From contig JALGVU010000003.1 of assembly GCA_025774545.1 (NCBI GenBank), forward strand, positions 1 through 53,498: DNA of 53,498 nt, given 5' to 3'. Under the pieces are notes generated by a model that was given only the letters and a program-made list of their open reading frames with translations, ran no database searches and was not told the DNA's origin. The translations under genes and the position numbers were made by a program. Positions within the stretch are counted from its first letter, which is position 1. Each line of letters begins with the position of its first letter. Origin of the DNA: a bacterium. Lineage in GTDB: Bacteria; Joyebacterota; Joyebacteria; Joyebacterales; Joyebacteraceae. Below, piece by piece: positions 53,111-53,498 of the stretch.

Positions 53111-53498
<388 letters not shown>

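Overview
GC-rich (roughly 70% by eye) bacterial chromosome segment. The gene content (PorU/PorV, T9SS-type C-terminal domains, DUF3467, LpxL) suggests a diderm of the FCB superphylum, perhaps a candidate phylum; this is inference. Three plus-strand genes come first: DUF3467 and two beta-barrels. About 51 kb then runs on the minus strand, co-oriented with an rRNA operon end. In transcription order: 23S(3' end)-5S, lipoprotein, dnaE, YjbH-like barrel, accA, membrane protein, PTS-IIA, CBS, then a T9SS-associated envelope cluster (PorU-like C25 peptidase, PorV, M6-like metalloprotease with CTD, two DUF5683-like paralogues, NHL propeller, ~1140-aa outer-membrane protein, Omp85/TamA). These are followed by ligA, thiC, exonuclease-DinG, hutU-hutI-formiminotransferase-cyclodeaminase, a propeptide-like lipoprotein, an ECF S-component, a porin/TBDR-like barrel, comEA-pilS-pilR-like genes, rsmD-coaD-pta, a GlcD-like oxidase, obgE, dprA, DUF362 and lpxL. 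No mobile element, tRNA or CRISPR-Cas was seen. Four observations stand out. (1) Many intergenic spacers are locus-specific tandem repeats that copy the 3' end and stop codon of the upstream gene; the clearest follow porV and the cyclodeaminase gene. (2) The T9SS-related cluster has a giant barrel with SprA-like motifs next to an Omp85. (3) A stand-alone cysteine-switch propeptide-like lipoprotein is present. (4) Normally very conserved peptidyl-transferase-centre helices of the 23S rRNA carry unusual changes. All family calls come from motif recognition, with no database search.
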